Below, piece after piece: positions 59,085-63,524 of a stretch of DNA of 63,524 nt. The notes under the pieces were generated by a model, which had not been told where the DNA came from, did not search any database, and was given only the letters and a program-made list of their open reading frames with translations. Numbering within the stretch: position 1 is the first letter of the stretch; the number at the start of each line of letters is the position of its first letter. A program made the translations under genes and the position numbers. This stretch comes from Nemertoderma westbladi (Eukaryota > Animalia > Xenacoelomorpha): NCBI GenBank assembly GCA_032718475.1, contig JAUCBJ010001607.1, positions 1 through 63,524 on the forward strand, given 5' to 3'.

Positions 59085-59844
59085 TGAAATCAAATACCAA
59101 AAATATATTTATTATATGAACAATCTATTTGGAAATTGTAAGTTCGGCCTATCTCTTTACCATAAGCTCAGTATCTTTATCTGGTGTGTTTTTAGTATTT
59201 TACCAATTATTTAATATGTTTGATAGAATTGAACAACACCGCCCAACACAACCAACTCTCTATCCGCCTCGAGCATCGAGAATACGAGAAACTCGATCGA
59301 AATACCTGCTTATCCCAGTAGTATCCGTCCGTAGTCACCGGACCGCTGCGGTTTACTCCCGTAGAATAGTAGAATTCCCGCAGCTTCCGACCCAATTCGA
59401 CAACGAATTCGCTTCACACTTTCGCGTCACAGAGAACGTAATCCAGTGCGATAACGTCTGCCCAACGTTCAACCATTTCCCCCAGGCGATCCCAGGATCC
59501 GGGCCGCCGTTAAACCCAGATCGCAATCCTCGTCGATTCGTCCAGTCGTCAACGTAAGTCAGTAAGTGGGACTCTTCCCACCGCACTCCAAGGTGGGTGA
59601 CCGGAGTGAGGCATGATGAACTTGGCAGTGGCCCGCATTACGATCTGACCGACCGCCGTATTCCCAGTGTCTGAGTGTAGTAAATACCCAAATAGAATCG
59701 TACTGACAAACAAGCAATTCCGTAGTATTCCCCCGTTAATCACCTCTTGAAGCAACTCGGCTGCTCGGGTCCAGATACATCGGACTGTCGGGAGCGTTTC
59801 AGACAGTAATGGAGCGGCATTTGCGAATATTTCCAATGGTTTTA

Positions 59845-62148
59845 CAGTCCAGCTCACCAACAGAGTGCCATCGGATCCGATCTGAACTGATCGGATCCAA
59901 CAGCTTCAAACACTTTCAGACAAACTCCAACAGTCCAACAACTTCAAACAGATTCAGACAGTTTCAAACAGATTCAGACAGTTTCAAACAGAATCAGACA
60001 ACTTCCAACAACCTGTCAATCACTCCACCCACACTCAACCGCAACCCCAACTCAACTCCCATCTTCTTGCGCGCAGATAGAATGAAAGCGTTTGAAACTA
60101 CTAAAGGAACTCCATTCATAAAGCCACAATAACGACAGAGTGGACTGGCCACTGGCGGCGCCCTTGAACATTCACACTGTAACTTAAGCCGACCTGAAGG
60201 AACAGCCCATTAGTGAGGTCGGTATTTCTCTTTATTCCTGCCGCTATCTTTGAATAACACAATAGCAGAAAGCTAACCAGTGGTCTACCCCCAATACAAG
60301 AAAGACAAGTTGGCTACCATTGAAATGAATGGGGAATGGAATTCTGTGTTCACATACTAATGTTGCTTTGGGTTGGTCTAGAGCCATACAATAGAGCTTT
60401 ACGGAAATACACTTCCAAAGAGCCAAGCAGTGGCGGTATAGGTCCAAAATGCCCATGTAGAATTTCTTCGAATAAGGCTCAATTTCTTTAAGTTACATTA
60501 ATTAAAATACTGATAAATATATTTTGCTTTTCGCAGGAGGGACAGTATCCCCCTCTACAGTTAACATAGTGTTCGTACATGTGTTAGTTATATCGTTGCG
60601 TTTATTTATATTTATACAGGTTTGGATATGATCTCTACTAGTTTGATTTTTGTTTTGTCAATTAATTAATTGTGCGGTTAATTTGTCAATCACAGCCTTA
60701 ATTGGCTACATTGCTTATTGTATGAATGAATATAATTTAGTTATTAAGACATTATTTTAATTAGTATCTGTTGTGATTAGGTCTACCTTTTACATAACAA
60801 CAGTACGTCAATGGCGGATATACTACTACTACTAAGTCGAGCGAACTCGGACAGTGGAAATGAGATCCTTCCAGGCTTCCCGATTCTCCATAGTTGTCGC
60901 AATTGCGTTTCTCCCAAGTTCAGAGATGGCGGATATACATTACATCATAATATGGCATGGCAGTCACGTGAAAACAAGGGCCTTTACATTCCCAATTCTC
61001 TATCTAACGTAGGGCCCCGTCCCTACGTCCACCCTCCCTTGTGAAGGGCTAGGGGGGACTTTCGACCCATCATTACTAAAGGGTAGTGATAACATTCAAA
61101 ATAAGTTTTCCCATGTATACGTAATTTTATTCTTAAATAGGTACTTGTTTGTTCCTAAATTCTGCCTAAATGCTGCCTTACTCAATGTTAAATAATTTAT
61201 TGTTCTCGAATATTTATTTCGTAACTAGGGAACCGCTTAACTACAAACCAATATTGGATATGGAGTTCCGTTTCGAAGTTCGCCTTGCAGAGACTAAAGT
61301 TGCAATAACTTTTGAGTGTGTGAATGTAATTTACTCAAATAGGGTAGGTGCGCGAAAAAATAGTTGGGCTAGAAGTATTACGTGCAAACCTTTTCATTTC
61401 GATGCTCTTTCAACACAACTAATAAAATTAACCAAAAATATTTTTTTCACTCATTGTAATTATATTTACTGTTTGCTTAATCTGTTTGTGTTTATATCTG
61501 TTTATGTGCAGTATTTAGTGCCCTACGTCAAAGAAACTAATATATTTATAGCATTATTTACATTTCTAATTAAATTAAGGAATTAAAAACGTGTTGGTGT
61601 TATTATATTCATTTATCGGAATTTATATTATAGGAATTTATTATTCGTTTATGCATTCTAGTTAATTAATTGATATAATTAACGACATAATTATGTAAAT
61701 AAAAATTGTTAAATGAAACAAATCTTTGTTTCGGTTTATAATTGACAATAGCACACCCTCACAATCACTTCAAATTGAGAGTTAAAGTGATTGACATTTT
61801 GTTAATGAACTACGCTTTTGTAAGGCATTGGCAAATTCTAACAAATTCCGATGGCGTCAAACATCTTCAGACAACTTCAAACAGTTTCAGACAATTTCAA
61901 ACAGCTTCAGACAACTTCAAACAACTTCAGATAGCTTCCAACAACATCCAACAGAAATTTCAAACACTTTCAGACGGATTTCAGACAGATTCAGATGGGC
62001 TCCAACAGACTAAACTTGTTGGAAATATTTTCTCCAACAGAATCAAACAGTACTAAATCTCCGTAGGTTAGCATTGTGCTTGTTTGAAGCTGTCGGAGTG
62101 TGTTGGATCCGATCGGATCCGATGGCACTCTGTTGGTGAGCTGGACTG
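59845..62148. mobile_element. 2.3-kb non-autonomous DNA transposon, TA TSD, CAGT termini (Tc1/mariner-pogo-like)
   Basis: TA|CAGTCCAGCTCACCAACAGAGTGCCATCGGATCCGATC ... perfect 38-bp inverted copy|TA; subterminal repeats of about 10 bp (ACTTCAAACA/GATTCAGACA) at both ends; no transposase ORF. Confidence 0.9.
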
Positions 62149-63524
62149 TATAATAAATAAGGGGATTCAACAGTTCAATGCTAAAACAAATGGATTATTC
62201 CTAACCCCACCCCAATACAGCAATATACCTAACAGTATATAGCTTAGGTACCACAGTCTGACAGTACCATAATCAGCACAGTCAGCCTACGCTAATTTCA
62301 CAGCAAAGTCCTTGTCATGGCCTGTGTGTAGTGCCATGGGTGGTACCTACGGTGCGCACTACAACGGCAGTACAGCAATACGGTGTACCGTGCCAATGAC
62401 TGAATGATTAGCGGTAACTACTGAACTATCTAAACTATTATATTATTATTACCGGTACTAGGCTAATTAGGCCTAAACTATAATCACCGCAAGTGTTTCC
62501 GGGGCCACGTTTAATTAGATTACATGATATGGCATGTCTGCAGTGTATGGTACCGGCTGACCTGTATTGCAGTATTGACTGATTGCAGAATTCTCGATTC
62601 AGGAATTGAGTACAGCCTGACAGTACCGGTACAAATGGTACATGCAGATTGGCAGACAGCCCCTATGTTTTGCAAAATTTGTCAGAAAACCAGCTGATTT
62701 ATCCTACAGTAATAATAATTTAACGCATGTTAATTTTGGATAAATAAATATATTATAACTACAATAACAGTTACACTGATTATGACTATTATTACTGTAG
62801 TGGTTCCATTGGTTAGGTTAGGGAAAGCCCATGTGTTCATTGATAGTGAGAGTCTGAGGCTGAGCTGAGAGTTAATTATGCCAAACCCAGCCAGCCATTA
62901 TATAACAACATTCAGCATAGCAAAGTATCTCTCAGGCTCAGCCTTAACCCGTTTTCCGTTTGTAACAGGAATAGAAGATCAAAGATGTAAACCCACTCTC
63001 CCCCCACCACCCCTCCCCCTTGTCAGTGATACTGGTTATCATCTATATTTCCAAATGGTGATATTTAAAAAACGGCATTTTAAAAATTTGCAGTATTGCT
63101 GGCGAGACAGGGGGGGGGGGGGGGCTGGACCAAAAATCCGCCTTGGAGAATTAATATCCCGCCTCAATGTCAAATTCTCAATTTATGGAAAGGAGCAGGT
63201 TACAGTGGCACGTTATTTTAACCAAAACAATAAACTAAACCGAGGGGGGGGGGGGGACAAGTGTCACAGGGCGCCGATTTGTGAAGGGCGCCAAATTAGA
63301 AAATTCGGTTTATGAGGACTGGCAATATCATAAATAATAGAAAAAATATAGAAAATAATTAAATAATAAAAAAAATAAAAAATTTATTATTTTATAACCA
63401 CATTTTATAAACCACTTACAAACCATTTTATTATTAAACCACCTAGGGCTTGCAACAACAATGCTATTATTTACTATATTTACAAGATCGTTGAAGTAGT
63501 TTGGCTTTATTAAGTAGAGAACAC

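Noticed and set aside
59809-62056. Ser/Asn/Gln-rich ORFs at 59809-60132 and 61742-62056
   Set aside because: Translations of the subterminal 10-bp repeats of the TIR element; no transposase motifs.

Overview
Eukaryotic, repeat-rich animal DNA, probably from a marine invertebrate (inferred from the TE families and the PRDM and ATP synthase sequences; the species cannot be assigned). 1-6926 is a very young BEL/Pao LTR retrotransposon on the minus strand, with identical LTRs and one 1-nt frameshift in gag. 12504-14009 is an intronless gene with two tandem PRDM9-like PR/SET domains, no zinc fingers and a predicted signal peptide. 15246-41797 is a 26.5-kb composite: three arrays of a 47-bp satellite (about 450 units) separated by two near-identical cassettes of about 2.55 kb. 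Each cassette carries a C2H2-finger/acidic-tail ORF that reads into the satellite, a TATA/Inr/3xCCAAT promoter, a 22-bp palindromic minisatellite, a Pol III A/B-box tRNA-like unit and three extended CTCF-type motifs. This cassette-in-satellite arrangement is the best candidate for an undescribed system. 43773-45422 is an intronless ATP synthase F1 alpha copy with a P-loop T>I change. The remainder is nested MITE/foldback elements and decayed LINE fragments. All calls were made by eye; no database searches were run.
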